From Heteronotia binoei (lineage: Eukaryota): a stretch of 64,000 bases of DNA. The position numbers and the translations under genes are program-made. The stretch lies in the NCBI RefSeq assembly GCF_032191835.1, contig NC_083227.1:49600001-49664000 (forward strand), in the 5' to 3' direction. Position 1 is the stretch's first letter, and the number at the start of each line of letters is the position of its first letter. Under the pieces are notes generated by a model, which was not told the DNA's origin, ran no database searches, and was given only the letters and a program-made list of their open reading frames with translations. Positions 1 to 13,347 of this stretch are shown here, piece by piece.

Positions 1-1067
1 CAACAGGCTGTTTTTGTTTTGGTTCAGTTAGAGCTTGGAACAAAAAAGTGCCTCGTTGCCTAAATCACTCCTCCTGATGTTGTAGTCAAATCCACACAAC
101 TCAGACCCCCTAGCTGATTCTTTGAATGAAACAGATAGCATTACTATAAATGCTTTGTGGAGGGTCCTCGACTTTGACATTTTGCCTAGCAACCTAATTT
201 TTCATAGTTATATTTCTCAATGTTTTTAGTACCAGTGTAGATCACAGCCATGGATTCCTGCTTGTGCTCTCTGTCAGAGTGTGTGATGTTCATGCTTTCG
301 CACCAGGCAGTCATATCATATGTGGTCTTCATGCCGATCACAAACCCATTTCTCTAAGTTCCTAATTACCAAATCTCCCACCACTAGTTACTCTGTGGGA
401 GATTGTCTTGAAGAACAAACACATCAACTGATAGGAGGGAAAAACAGCCTCCGGGGAGTTTTTGATGTGAAGATTATTATCAATCTTTAACCTTATTATC
501 AGGATTTGTGAGGAACTTTGTCCAAATGGTTGGAAATAAGGATGGAATCTTGGAGAAACCTTGTAGAATAAAGAGAAGATCTGAAAAGGCCACTTCTTGC
601 ACGAATCAACACATCTGATTATTTACAGATCTTAATTGCCAAGAAGAGAAATGAATATGCTTTACAATTTGCAAACTCCTTCAACAGAGACATGAATTTG
701 GGGTTAGGTGTGTGACACCCTTCCTTCTGAACATTGTATCACTTTTGTTCACAAACCTACACATTTAATAACAGAATCCAGTTAATCCATTTAGTAAGTG
801 ATGTTGCATATTACTGCCATCCAAGTTGAGCAGTGCTGGATGTCTCATTTGTGCACAGAGACTGCTTGTTGTACAACTTGATGGTTACTTTCTCTGTGGG
901 AGCACAGCAAGGAAGGGACTTCCTGTGCTGTTTCTCCTCCTTCAATGCACCCACGCTGTATTCAACATAATTAGAGGAAAATTGGGTGAGGGTAAAAGGT
1001 TGTTGTTTTTCTGGCTGTTGTGAAGAAAAATGGTCTGCCCACTTATCAGAATGTTTCCCTTTTGTAG

Positions 1068-1191
1068 ACTGTCTCAGAGATCACTGTTGCTTCAGCAAAT
1101 GGAGAATAATCTAGGAGACAGAGAGGCTGAGAAGACATGGCAAATGCAAGAAGCTGATGCTGCTCATAAAAGAAATGTAGTACTTTTAAAT
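1068..1191 (+). CDS. CEP15: CEP15/C3orf14 internal coding exon (LSQRSLLLQQMENNLGDREAEKTWQMQEADAAHKRNVVLLN)
   Basis: ttgtag acceptor at 1061-1067, gtaagt donor at 1192; peptide aligns with recalled human C3orf14 [22 protein letters not shown]...FKRNLSLLK; ends in phase 0, compatible with the next exon; synteny with FEZF2. Start-codon exon lies upstream of the window or was not found. Confidence 0.88.
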
Positions 1192-4100
1192 GTAAGTTTT
1201 GATACCTGTCAATCACTAACCATATAGTAAAAAAAAGAAGCAAAGAAATTTATTTAACCTTTGGATGTGATAAGCAATTTTTCATGCTCTTCTTCTGACA
1301 GCAAAGATGGTAGAGATTCTTAAGAACATAAGAATTATTTTGTTGGATCAGACTGGTTGTCTGTCTAGTGCTTTGACGCCAGCTTCCATTATGATGGTAC
1401 ATATAATGTGTGCATGATGGAGATGGGTATTTGCTGGTGTTTGTCTTCTAAATATGAAGGCTCAGGAATAAGGTCTAGTAGCCATTCATAGCTTTTTTCT
1501 CTGTGCTGCTGTAAAATTACAGATGACATCCCAAATGGACTAATCATGGAAACTGACATAATTTCAGACCCTCAGCAAATGCTATATAATACAGTGAATA
1601 AGGCAATATGCCACACAAGGCATCTTTCTGGCTTTCCATCCATATTTTTAGAGTGACTGAATTTGAGGCTGTTCTTAGCAACAGCTGCTTTAGGCACTCT
1701 ACTGAGCAGATAGCAGGTGACTGAATTTGTTGCTGTCTAATGAATATGCTTTGGTTCCAAGTCAAACACCACCTCCATTTCAAGTTCTCAGAAGTTCTGA
1801 GGCTCACTGTATTGTAAAAAACATTTACATTCTTTGTTACTGTAATACTTGAGTACCTCTGCTCTGAGTTAGATGGAATACTTCATATGGGGAGGGACTC
1901 CGAAAAATTCACGGCTATTTGAAATTATTAAAGACAATGACATTGTTTGTCTAATCTTGTAAAGCACATTATGTGCATAACTAATAGCAGTCCAGAATAT
2001 GGAAGAATAATTTTTGCATTCATGACTCTGTCTCATAAAAATAAAGGATAATTTCAAGAGGCCTGTTTGTGTTACACTGAGGCAATCTGGTATCTATCTC
2101 TACCCCAAATGCTTGCCAGCTTGTGTGTATGAGATCTGATCTGTATATTTCCACTGGCAAAATGCTTTGCATTAAAACGATGAAGGTGTGTTTGGAGGGA
2201 GGGCTTGTAAATTGCAGAGCTTCCTGTGAGGTGCAGTGGGAGAAATAACGGGTTGAATTCAGACTACTTATTGCTACTGATCCCCTCCCCCATGTCATTT
2301 CCTAGGGTAACTGTCCCCCAAGAGCAGCATTTTGTGGAGATCAATGGGCTGCTGTGAGAGAGGAGGTGGAAAAAGTCCGTTTTGCAGTTGAAAAATGTAG
2401 GCTGGATGCAACCCAATATTTCTAGGGGCACATTCTCTTCTTCACCCATCTAGTGTCAGAGCGTGTGGCCATATTTTGCCCTCACTGTAATGTTGTTGTC
2501 AAGTTCCGTGCTTTTCTTCATTTAATTAAATGGCAACCATTTGCTTACATAAAAAAAAATCAAAAGGTGTACTCAGAAGTGTCACTGGGATGGAGCTTAA
2601 CCTGTTCATTGCTCCTGTTGACCTGAGCCACTGAAAATCAAGCTTCTTTCAATTGGCATTGCCATTTGTTACTCCAGAAAGTACTAAAACGTTGAGACAG
2701 TGGTATGGAATATTGGGCACTGGCTTTTATAGATAAAAATGGAAACATGAAATCTTGTGTTCTGGTTCTGGGAGCCAAGGATGGAGTCTGGTTTGATAGA
2801 ATCTAAAGAGGTAGATGCCACCTTGTATTTCTTACAGTAAGTATTTCGCCTGGTAACAGTTATTTCAGCTCTTTGTGTCGGAAGCAGTTAGCAGTGAGGT
2901 TCAGAAGTACTACACTGAGTGAGCTCCAGGCTATGGAGACTTAAATATCCTCCCTCCTACAGTACCCTCTGTAAAGATTAAACAGTCCTTTGGGTACTCA
3001 TACAGTCTTTCCAAACCTCCATGCTTGGAGTTCATTATATTTCTTTCCCACTTGATCACCCATTCAGTCAAATGGTATCTCCACAAATGTTTAAGACAAA
3101 CCACTTTTCTAGGAATTAGCCAAGACAATAGAAACCTTTTCGTCTCTGTTGTTTCTGGCTTGTTCTACTGTCTCTAAGGAAACTATGTCCAACTAGATGA
3201 TTCTTTCCTTTAGGCAAGCATAAATATAAGATTCACACTTGATATCAAGGGTCTTTCTTCTGTGTTGACATATTTGATCTTTTTGCAAATAAGAGGCATT
3301 CTAGTCAGCCACTTGTAGTTCACCATATATCTGTTAGCCACTATGTTTGCATTGGATCAAGCCTCTTTGCTGACTGTATATTGTGATGCCACAGATTTTA
3401 TGTCTCCCCTTCTTTCTCCATTGCTTGAAAAATAATGCTGCTATAACTCTTCCACAAGTGCATATACAATTATGCTTTTAAAATCCATTCACCTTGTTGC
3501 TTTGCTCTTTCATGTGGTGGTGTCGTGTTTTGTGACAGTGTGTCTTTGTTTTATTATTCTAGAGACATCCCTGGGGCAGTACAGTCTCAAAGAGTGGGGA
3601 TGTGTCACCTCTTCCTTTGAAAAATGGGAAATTACTTCCCTTTAATTGCTTTGTTCTAAACATGTTATGACAGATCACCCACTCATCCACTCTGCTCTTT
3701 TTGGAGCTGAGGGTTCTGTAACCTTCTTGTGCATATTCCAGTTGAGTGCATATGAAATTATTCTGTCTGGAGCTGAAAAGGAAATTTGCACATGATGGGA
3801 CTCCTAGTTCTTCACGGGAACTGGCATTTGGATGCGTTTTGATGGAATGAGCAGTTTAGAGCTTGGAGGAGTCCCAATATGATGTTTTAAAGAAACAATT
3901 GAAGAATGGAAGTGGTTTGGTTTGATGGTGGCTGTTTTTGCTTTAAACCACATCCTATATTGGACTAGGCTAACCTGATTCAATACATTGGTTCCAGGGT
4001 CACTGCAGTTTCACATAGGCATTGCACGGCAGTGTCTCTTACCTGTGTACTTTTCGCATACCCAGTAATAAACTTTTGCTCTTCTCCTGTTCCAGATGCT

Positions 4101-7100
4101 CACATTGCTGGTAGTTCAGAAGAGAAAATGAAGACTGTGGCAGAACATGCCTGCAGGCCCTGCCCTCTCTGAGTGTTTCTCCACACCTGGAGGGGCTTTT
4201 CTTCCACTCTCAGCATAGCCTATTACCACCTGATTGCTGTAGGGATTTCCAAGTGGGAAGATCAGGACTCCCAGCTTCCCATCCTGGTTTTGAGGCCTTA
4301 TTTCTGTGTCTCCCACTACTCAGTGCCTGGTCACCATGGGGACAGTTTACTGCCTTGCATGCCCCTAGAGGAATAGCTGTTTGCCAACTGCCTGCCTTCC
4401 CCCTGGTGCTCCTTTTAAAGACAGTTGAGGTCTATGTGGGTCAGAGAACTATTACCAACATCAAAAGTTATGAAGTATTTATTAAAAAGAAAATATATAC
4501 AAACATACTTTTAGCACAGCACCAAACTGAACAAGGAATATAAAAGAAATAGGAAAAATGCAAATCTTTTGTCCCTTTCTCTATACATGCCCTATCAGAT
4601 ATTAAAATAGGACAGGTCCCTTTAGCTTTAAGAAATTCTAGCTCACTACAACATTCCTATTACCATGAAGTTTAATCCAGCTTTCTAGGCGAGCACAGAG
4701 TCAAAATGGCTGTCTGCTCCAGAGGAGAGGTCTGTGTGGGCTCCTGGTCACAGCACCCAAGGATGATGAACACTTTCCTGTTGCAAGGTTTTATCATCTC
4801 TGGTACTCCACTCACTGACCAGGTCAAAGAGGCGTTTTCTGGAGATCTCCAGGAATTTCCTTTCTGGAGACTATCTAGGATTTTATTCCTTCAAACCTTT
4901 GTTCCCTACCTGAAAGGAGGCAGAGAAGGGGGAAGCTTCACCATCCCTTTGTCTAGACCTATTAGCATTTGTATGAAGGTGAGCTGAGGTACAAGCGAAC
5001 TGACTTTCTCTTCTGCTTAGAGGAAATAAAAGTGTTGTTAAAACCTAAATTGAAGGCTTTGCTCCTTGCCTATCTCCCAGGAGAAAATGTGTTTCTACAC
5101 AAAGGCCATTTTAAAAACGGGAAGCAGAAGCCAATAATGGCATCGTTGCTGTGTGGGGTAGATTTTATGCATCTGTATGTTCTATCCTCCACAATTTTTT
5201 TCCCCACTTCTACTCTCCACAGTAGTGGAGGATAGAGGTGGAAAAATTAATCTCTCTTGTTGATGCTGCAAGATATATTTTCAAATATTGTTTTGTATGT
5301 ACATAGTAATATCAGATCACTTGTAAATGGTCTGACAATTGTGTCTAAAATAATCACTTGCAATGAAGTAACAGACTACCTTAATCACAGAGTAGAAATG
5401 TTTAACGTCTTCCAAATTATACAAAGCATTTTCTGTCTACTATTTCATTCCTCTGAATAATTTACCAAAGTGTCAGAAATGTTAGAACAGTCGTGGAAGA
5501 AATAAAAGCATATGTATGACCATCAAAACAAATTGTCTGGCAGAAAAAGCAGCATTAGTAAGTTTAGATATATTAATTTTATTCTGGCTTTAACAGACAT
5601 GCAGAACTACAGATGCTTTTTGATAACAAAATAAAACAGGAATGAGATCCATGCAGAATACTATATTAGAACCTTGAAAATAAGGTTCAGATTTATGTGC
5701 CAACTTTAGAAAATTGTTCCCAATACCAGGCATTGTACATTTCACAGTTAGCATGTGGAGAGTTGTTGATTTGGCTTTCTCAGAAATACACCGATGCCAT
5801 GATGAGGTGTTGTTGTATTTGCCTGCATTTGAATAAAATTTTAAAAAACTGCTTCAGATACGTTTTTAGCTATGAAAAGAGTTCCTGTTTCTCTGTTGCT
5901 TACAACTGAAATGTTGGACTTCCAAAGCTGAGAAATAGCTGAAGAACAAATATTCAGACTTGGCTAATTATACAAAGGATAATATTGAAAAAAAGGGAAT
6001 AAACCTAATTACTTGAAATTTAAGGATATTATGTGAATATGGTGAGTTCAATGGGATATATTTCCAAGCAAATATTCCAGATATCTATGCAGAAGGTCAT
6101 ACTATTATTCCCCCCCACCCCCCACCCCGCATGCTGTGGTAGTCATTGTTCTGTTCCATTTCCTTTTTTTTCCTCATGTACTTCTGATGAGGACATTACT
6201 TGGCTGAAATTCCTATCATTGTGGAACAGTTATAAAGGCAGAATCTGCCTGGCTGGCTACAGACCTTCAGCCAGCAAATATAGCATGGCTCTAAGAATGG
6301 GGTACAAATATCAGCTTACTTTTAGAAAGTGAGACATTGTCCGACATGTTCTCAAAGTTGCCAGATAACAATCAGAGGAGGAAGGTATCTGATTAAACTG
6401 GTAGTGTCTGCAGGACACCACAAGATTCAACTGATACTTTTTATTTTAAACCTCCAACTACACTACATCTTCCTAATGCAGAATGTGCTTAAGTATCTGT
6501 AAATGTAGGCATATTATAATTGCAGTATAGCTGTCTAGTCTTTTCTATTCCTTGTACTCATTGTAAAGTAGAAGTTTTTAATATGCATTGCAGAGATGTT
6601 TATCCGTCCCTCTATTTCTTCACTCTTTTCAGAGACGTCTTTAAAAAGCATAAAGCCAAAGTGTTTGACATTGTGGAATCCAAAAATTGACTTTTATTTG
6701 GCAGAGGTGTCTGCACTGCAGACTGTTCAGTAAATGAATTGCCAAAAGTAGACACTGTCACCAGACCAAGGAAAAATCCCTAAACGATAGCCTCTAGCCA
6801 GCAGTGGGTATGCAAAGGTGCCATCTAGTCTTTCTTATGACAACATTTTTTCCTCTCCTAAAGCATTGTTCATCAGCAACGATTTCTATCAGTGCCTGTC
6901 ATTTAGCCAGCATTATGGATGACAATAGACTTCAAAATATAACTGGAGAGGAGCAACAAAAAGACACATCTAGTATGGAGGCTGTGTCAAAGCACCTTCT
7001 CTCCTAAAAATCTATGCCGTTTTTGCCCTAAAGTACTTTATTTTCATATCACCATAAACACCATTTTTGCAAAAATTAATGTAAATGATGGTCTTGGCCG

Positions 7101-8881
7101 GGATTGCCTGGAGAAAAGTACATAAGACAATGCTGAGGAAGAAGAGTGCTGCAATAAGAACGTGGACTGCCATTTTTTTTTCAAAGCAACCCTTTGGAAT
7201 GAATGGAATTTCAGATCATTATGACAACTAAGTTCTTTGGGCCAGGATAGAAATGTTTTGGAAAGTATTGTAGGAGTCTATGTGTCATAGTACATCTGCT
7301 CTGTCATTTAAACTCAAGAGTTGTTAGTCTGACATTGTGAACTACCCTTTTTTATAGAGACTGAGAGATGTCTGATGTTGGCTATAAATGCATTAGTGTA
7401 GGAAGGAGGAAAAGTTGCATTTTTTCCTGACCCAGCACTTTAACAGTCATTCAGATGGTCACTTCTGTTCATTGTCTTGTAGATTTCATCCAAGTCTCTC
7501 AAGCCTAGTTTGATCGAGTGGCTTTTATTTCTGAGAATACACCAATTGGCTACTCTGTTCATTGTTAATGTCCTGACTTTGTGGCCTGTTGCTACAGGAT
7601 CCCTACTCTTCTAAGCTGCCATGGTTGGGGAATTATGGGAAGCCCCTTTTGGGAATTTCCTTTTTAATTTTTATTTAATTTTTTAAAATGCCTTACTCTT
7701 CACACTCACTTTCTGCTCCCGACGCTGCCATCTGCTATCCTCCCTTCTTCCATCTCTGTTCTGCATTGGCTCCTTCACACCCCACTCCCACGCCCCTTCC
7801 CATCTCTCTTAATTTGCCCAAAAGGCCTGCGCTTGATCTCTTTAATGTTTGTATATGAATCTAAGCCCACAAGGGAGGGGGGGAGAGTCACAGCTTTAAG
7901 GAGGCTTTTTTTTGTCAAACTGAATCTAGTTCTCTGTGAACCCAGCACATGGAAAGTGGAAGCCCATGTGCAGATTTCCTAAGAAAAGCTAATAGAGGTG
8001 AGTTTTCATTAGAGTTTGAATGTCTGGTGAACAGCTTGCTGCCTCTCTACGTCTTTGTGCACATGTTATGCATGCATATTAGCAAGTCATCTTTGTCTTG
8101 AGCAGTGAAGAGCTTCAACAAAATTGCTTTCTTACTTTGTAGCTTTCTTTCAGGAGTATTGGCTTCATCACGTGTGCACAGCAAATGCTTTCACTCTGAA
8201 TCGTGAATCATCTTAACTGTAAATTACCCCCAGTGCATCAAGTTGAAATCATACAGTTAGGGCTCTCAACAACAATTTCTGTGCAATAAAAACAACTCTC
8301 TGACACCCTGGAGGTGTTTTATCAGAGTACAGCTGATTCATTTAAAATCTCCATCATATTGACCTTATTCCTCAAAGTTATTTCCTGGAGGATTTTGTCT
8401 TATAAAGTGAATAAAGATAACCATAACTGAGAGATTCAGTCACTTCCTGGGAGGTAGTGATACAGCAGTTATCAGGTGTAATAATCTCATCTTGGATTTG
8501 GGTTCAACTACCTTGATGATTGCAGGAATAAGGGACATTTCGCATGTTGCATGGCAGCTAAACTAAGTTGTGCTCTTGATGGGGAACCACTGACAGTCCC
8601 AGACCCCAGAAGAGTGTAACTTAATTAAATGTATGTTTGTAAGTATGTGGATTTTGCATTTGAAGATGTAAAAATGTTGTATACATCTAAAAAATGGTAT
8701 GTGAAGAGGGACTACAACTGAATCAGAGATTAGAAGAGAATACAAGCTGAACTGGAAAGAGGAACTAGACCAGTGACTCTACTGATCAACCAACACTCAA
8801 TGCCAAAAGGAAATTAAGTGACCCATGCATTTGACCTAGAAGCATCAAAATTAACTGGGATAAGAGGAGAAGTCATCTGGG

Positions 8882-9359
8882 CATGGCTGGCCCTTCCGCG
8901 AGGCAAACTAGGTTGTTGCCTAGTGCGCTGGCAAGATGGTGGCACCGAATTTGCCCCCCCTCCCCATGCCATAGACAAAACACTAGTTTGCCTCTTCCTC
9001 TGCCTGTTCCCCTCCTTGCTTGCCTCTTCTTGTCCTCCGCTCGCCCGCCCTGCCTCCTCCCCGCCATTTCCCTTTGTCCTCTCACCTGTCCCTTCTCGTC
9101 CTCTGCTTGCCCACCCCACTTCCTTCCCACTGATTCCCTTCGTCCTCCCACCCACCCCACCTCTCTGTCCCTTCTCGTCCTCTTGCCTCCCTGCTGATTC
9201 CCTTCGTCCTCCCGCCCATCCCACCTCCTTGTCCTCCACTTGCCTGTCCTGCCTCTTCCTCACTGAGTTGCAAGTCTACTTGTGAGTAAGCAGCAGGCCC
9301 AGGGACTCGGGGGTGGAGCTGTGCTGTCTTGGGTGCCAGAAGGGCTTGGGCCAGCCCTG
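8882..9359. mobile_element. hAT-type MITE with pyrimidine-rich internal repeats
   Basis: Terminal inverted repeat catggctggccc / gggccagccctg (11/12); 8-bp flanks catctggg / catgtagg (6/8). Confidence 0.55.
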
Positions 9360-9365
9360 CATGTA

Positions 9366-9836
9366 GGATCAGGCCAATGGCCCATCCAGTCCAACACTCT
9401 GTGTCATACAGTGGTCAAAAAACCCAGGTGCCATCAGGAGGTCCGTCAGTGGGGCCAGGACACTAGAAGCCCTCACACTGTTGCCCCTCCCAAGCACCAA
9501 GAATTCAGAGCATCACTTGCCTTAGACAGAGAGTTCCAACAATACATTGTGCCTATTAGCCACTGATGGACCTCTGCTCCATATGTTTATCCAATCCCCT
9601 CTTGAAGCTGGCTATGCCTGTAGCCGCCACCACCACCTCCTGTGCCACCCTTTGGGTAAAGAAGTACTTCCTTTTATCCATTCTAATCTCTGCTCAGCAA
9701 TTTCATTGAGTGTCCACAAGTTCTTGTATTGTGAGAAAGGGAGAAAAGTAGGTCTTTCTCTACCTTCTCTATCCCGTGCAAAATCTTGTAAACCTCTATC
9801 GTGTCACCCCTCAGTCGACGCTTCTCCAAGCTAAAG
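9366..9836 (-). mobile_element. CR1 LINE 3' fragment (end of ORF2 plus 3' UTR)
   Basis: Reverse complement of the same ORF2 end/3' UTR seen at 46780-47170 (ttggactggatgggccattggcctgatcc; tctttagc.tggagaa.cgtcgac). Confidence 0.85.
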
Positions 9837-10821
9837 ATAATGCTGAGGAAAGATCACCTTGAATATACACAGAGCAGAGTCCCCTTGTGGTCATCCAGCA
9901 GATGCAGAGAGACTTCATATTTGTGTTTTTGGGTAGCTTCTGGAGCTGAACACCCAAAGGTCCCATCTCTTGCCCACCCGAGTCTAAGCAGTGAGGGTCA
10001 GAGACAAGGAAACTGTGGGAATAGAATTTGTAGGTCAAAGCAGGTAATTGGACTTCAAGAAGCAGGTGTCAAGTTGAGAATATGATGCATAGCCAATAAT
10101 CTAATACTTCAATTGTAAACATTTTTGTTTGGACAAGAGTTTCTAAGCAAGAGTTGATTTTTGAGGTGTTACATCCCATGCGCTCTTGTGGGTTATAAAT
10201 ATAGAAATGAAAGGGGGAAACGGTGTTGGCCTATACATGTACACTGCTTAACTGCAGTGCTGGTATAAACAACTGTGATGTGGTACATCCATCCCTGTGC
10301 ACTTATTCACTGCATCAGCTAGTATTTGTTGAACCATCAAACCCAGTAAATATTTAGCTTTTAGGATTAGATGCTTTGGCTTTTTTTCCCTCTTTCTCTT
10401 TCTTTTTAGAAACCTACCTTTTCATGTTAGGAAAACTTGAAGCAGCAAGAAAAGAAGCCCCAAAATCTATGGGATACAGTCATTTCTAGATATAAGCTGT
10501 ACAAGCAGGACAGGGAGGGATGGGTTGCTGGTGGTGCTGCCTTGAACTTCAAAGAGGGCATAGAATCAAATAAGTTAGAGAGCATCAGGGGAATTAACTC
10601 CCCAACAGAAGCAATATGGGTAGAAATACTGGGCCATAAGGGTTACCTAAAAGTGGGGGCATACTATCATACACCTGATCAAACCCTTGAAGCTGACCTT
10701 GAGATGGAGAAGGAAATAAGGGAAGTTACTAAGGCATATTATTATACTGGGAGACTCCAACTGGATAAACATGCTCAGGTCATGCTGTAGAAATGAGAAT
10801 CTTCTTCGTGGTCTCTGTGCA

Positions 10822-10982
10822 TCACACCGATGGGAGAAGGCGCCTGCGCCGATCACGATCGGTAAACTTCAAAGCTGCGGATTTCCGCGCCTCCGTCCCA
10901 GCGCGCATGCCCAGACGCCCCACTGCGCATGCCCACCGGGACGGGGAGCGGACATCCCGCCAGTTCTCTTCTGACCGCCGCG
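10822..10982. repeat. DIRS left inverted terminal repeat
   Basis: Reverse complement of 17673-17833 with only a few mismatches over ~160 bp. Confidence 0.93.
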
Positions 10983-11194
10983 CTGATCAGTCGATCCATA
11001 GGCTACGGTCGGTGAACTTCGTTCTGATTTTTTCAATAGCTGTAGATATTAGTGTAGTTAGTGTTAGTATAGTGTAAGTTAGTTAGAATAGTTAGGATTG
11101 TTTTTTTCGGGGGTGTGGGGCGTGTGTTTTTCCCTCCACCCGCCGGGTGGCCCCCCCCCCCCGTTTTTTCTTCCCTTCCCGCCTTTGTCCTCGC

Positions 11195-13316
11195 ATGGAA
11201 AGGCGGTGGGGTTTTTTCCGCCGGTGTTCCAAGTGCGGTAGTAAAATCGCACCACCCGACGGACATTCGTTGTGTTTATGGTGTTTAGGGGAGCACCACA
11301 AGCCAGACTCTTGCGGACATTGTGCCCGTTTTTCTAAACAGACGAGGAAGAATAGGGCTGCAAGACTGGCTGCAGCGCTGATGGAGCAGGCGCTTACCCC
11401 TAAGAAAATGGCGGAGGAGCAGGCCGCCGTGCCCATCGAACCATCGACATCAAAAACGGTCGACACCGATCGAGCTCCAACCGACGCCGATCGCCCACCA
11501 AAGCGCTCGGGCTCGGCTTCCGCAGCAGATCCCTCTGTGCCTGCCAAACGGCTCAAGGATGACGCTGGAGAGCACACGGAAAAGACTAAGAAGGCTAAGA
11601 AGGCCGATAAGGCCAAACATTCTAAGCCTCCACTGCAGATCTCTCCGGAATCGCCCCCGGCACCGACACGGCTCGTCCCTCCGCTGAAGCTCTTCGCGTC
11701 GCCGGTGCGTCGGCAAAGCCCCCAGATTTCGTCAATGTCTACCCAGCTCGTCATATCGGACTCGGATTCCGAGATCGAATCGGCGCAACCTCTCAAACCC
11801 GACAAAAGTCCGACAGGCCGTCTCATACCAGGCCCAAGGACCCCTCGCCCCCGAAGCCCACTGCGGGATCGATGGGACACCGGTCGGGATCGACCCCTCG
11901 ACATTCGCTCTCCACACCGTGAGGACACTCAAGATCGACCTGTGACTCATGTGCCTTGGGACCAGCGCCAATGGCAGTACCTGTATGGAGCGTACTCCAT
12001 GCCGCCACCCTTCCCATGGATCCCCCTCAAACAACCGGAGTGGGACCAGCGGTCGGAAACGTCGTATCGCTCTCGGACGTCCTACCATACCCCGAAGCGA
12101 TCGGCATCGGTCTCGGTACCGAAATCACCCGAGGTCGAACAACGCCCCAAGCTTGCTCCTGAGCTCGTTACCAAACCGGCGGCACCAGTGTCGCCACCGG
12201 TGCGAAACCCTTCGGAGCCTTCGGACTCGGCATCCCCACGGTCCCACCGAGAATCGTCCCCGGAGGAGATGGAAGATTCCTCCCCTGAGGTGCCTTCCCC
12301 GCCGGACAAAACTTCGGACGAGCACCCCATTTCCCCATCAGAGGACTTAAAATCTTATGGGGATTTGGTCAGACGAATGGCGCAGTCATTGTCCCTCACC
12401 ACGGAACAGCCGCAACCGATGGTCACAGACAGTGTATTCGACATTGTCCAGAGGGACACGTCAACGGCGGTGGCACTCCCGCTCACAAATGTCATGCTGC
12501 AGACAGCGAAGTCCTCCTGGGACAAGCCGGCCTCTACCCCAGTGTCTTCACGACGTCTGGATCATATGTATAGAATCCAAGAGAGCACAGCAGAGTTCCT
12601 CTACACCCATCCGAGGCCTAATTCCGTGGTTGTGTCTTCCTCATCAAAAGCTAAGAAGACGCACTCCACCCACCCCCCCCCCCGATAAGGAGGGTCGGAA
12701 GCTGGATGCTATGGGCCGACGGCTTTATTCGACGGGCTCCCTTGGCGTAAAAATAGCCAACTATTCGGCGTGCATGGGCAGGTACCAGTATGCCCTATGG
12801 GACCAGGTCTCTACAATTCTCCATACCCTTCCGGATCAGAGTAGAAGTGCTCTGAAGAAGCTTCAGAAGGAGGGAATGCTATTGGCGAAGCAACAACTAA
12901 ATGCGGCCAAACATTCTGGGGACACTTGTGCCAAGGCATTGACGGCGGCCATTTCACTGCGGCGCCACTCCTGGTTACGGTCCACTGCGCTCCAGCCGGA
13001 CACACAGGCTTTTATTGAGGACCTCCCTTTTGATGGGTCGGGTCTCTTCAGCTCCACCACTGACTCTGTACTCCAAGAGTTGGATAAGAGCATGAAGACA
13101 TCCAGGAACTTGGGGGTGTCCACCTCTCGTCCTCAAAAACGGCAATGGAAACCGTGGCCCAAGAAGCCATATTCCAAGTCACCGGAACAGTCCTGGCGTA
13201 CGAAGCCGTCCCCCACTTTTCCTCGCCAGCAGTATCAGGCTAAACCCAAGTACTCACCGTCCTCGACCCAGTCGACCAGACAGAAGGGATCTAAACAACA
13301 GAAGCAGGGCCTTTGA
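11195..13316 (+). pseudogene. DIRS gag-like ORF1 (N-terminal Cys/His knuckle, LAP2alpha-like C-terminal half), frameshifted at the C-run 12673-12683
   Basis: ATG at 11195; CSKC..DGHSLCLWCLGEHH..SCGHC motif; frame 11147 continues into frame 12357 (PPDKEGRKLDAMGRR...FIEDLPFDGSGLFS); homologous to the 33469-34290 remnant. Confidence 0.85.
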
Positions 13317-13347
13317 CTGCCTCCCGGCCCCATGCCTACCCACGGCT

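Noticed and set aside
500-710. Possible Penelope/GIY-YIG remnant
   Set aside because: Only faint peptide resemblance across broken frames.
4430-4992. Possible LTR remnant
   Set aside because: LTR-like composition but no convincing terminal repeat or TSD.
8814-9285. Overlapping 95-155 aa ORFs
   Set aside because: Produced by the low-complexity polypyrimidine tract.
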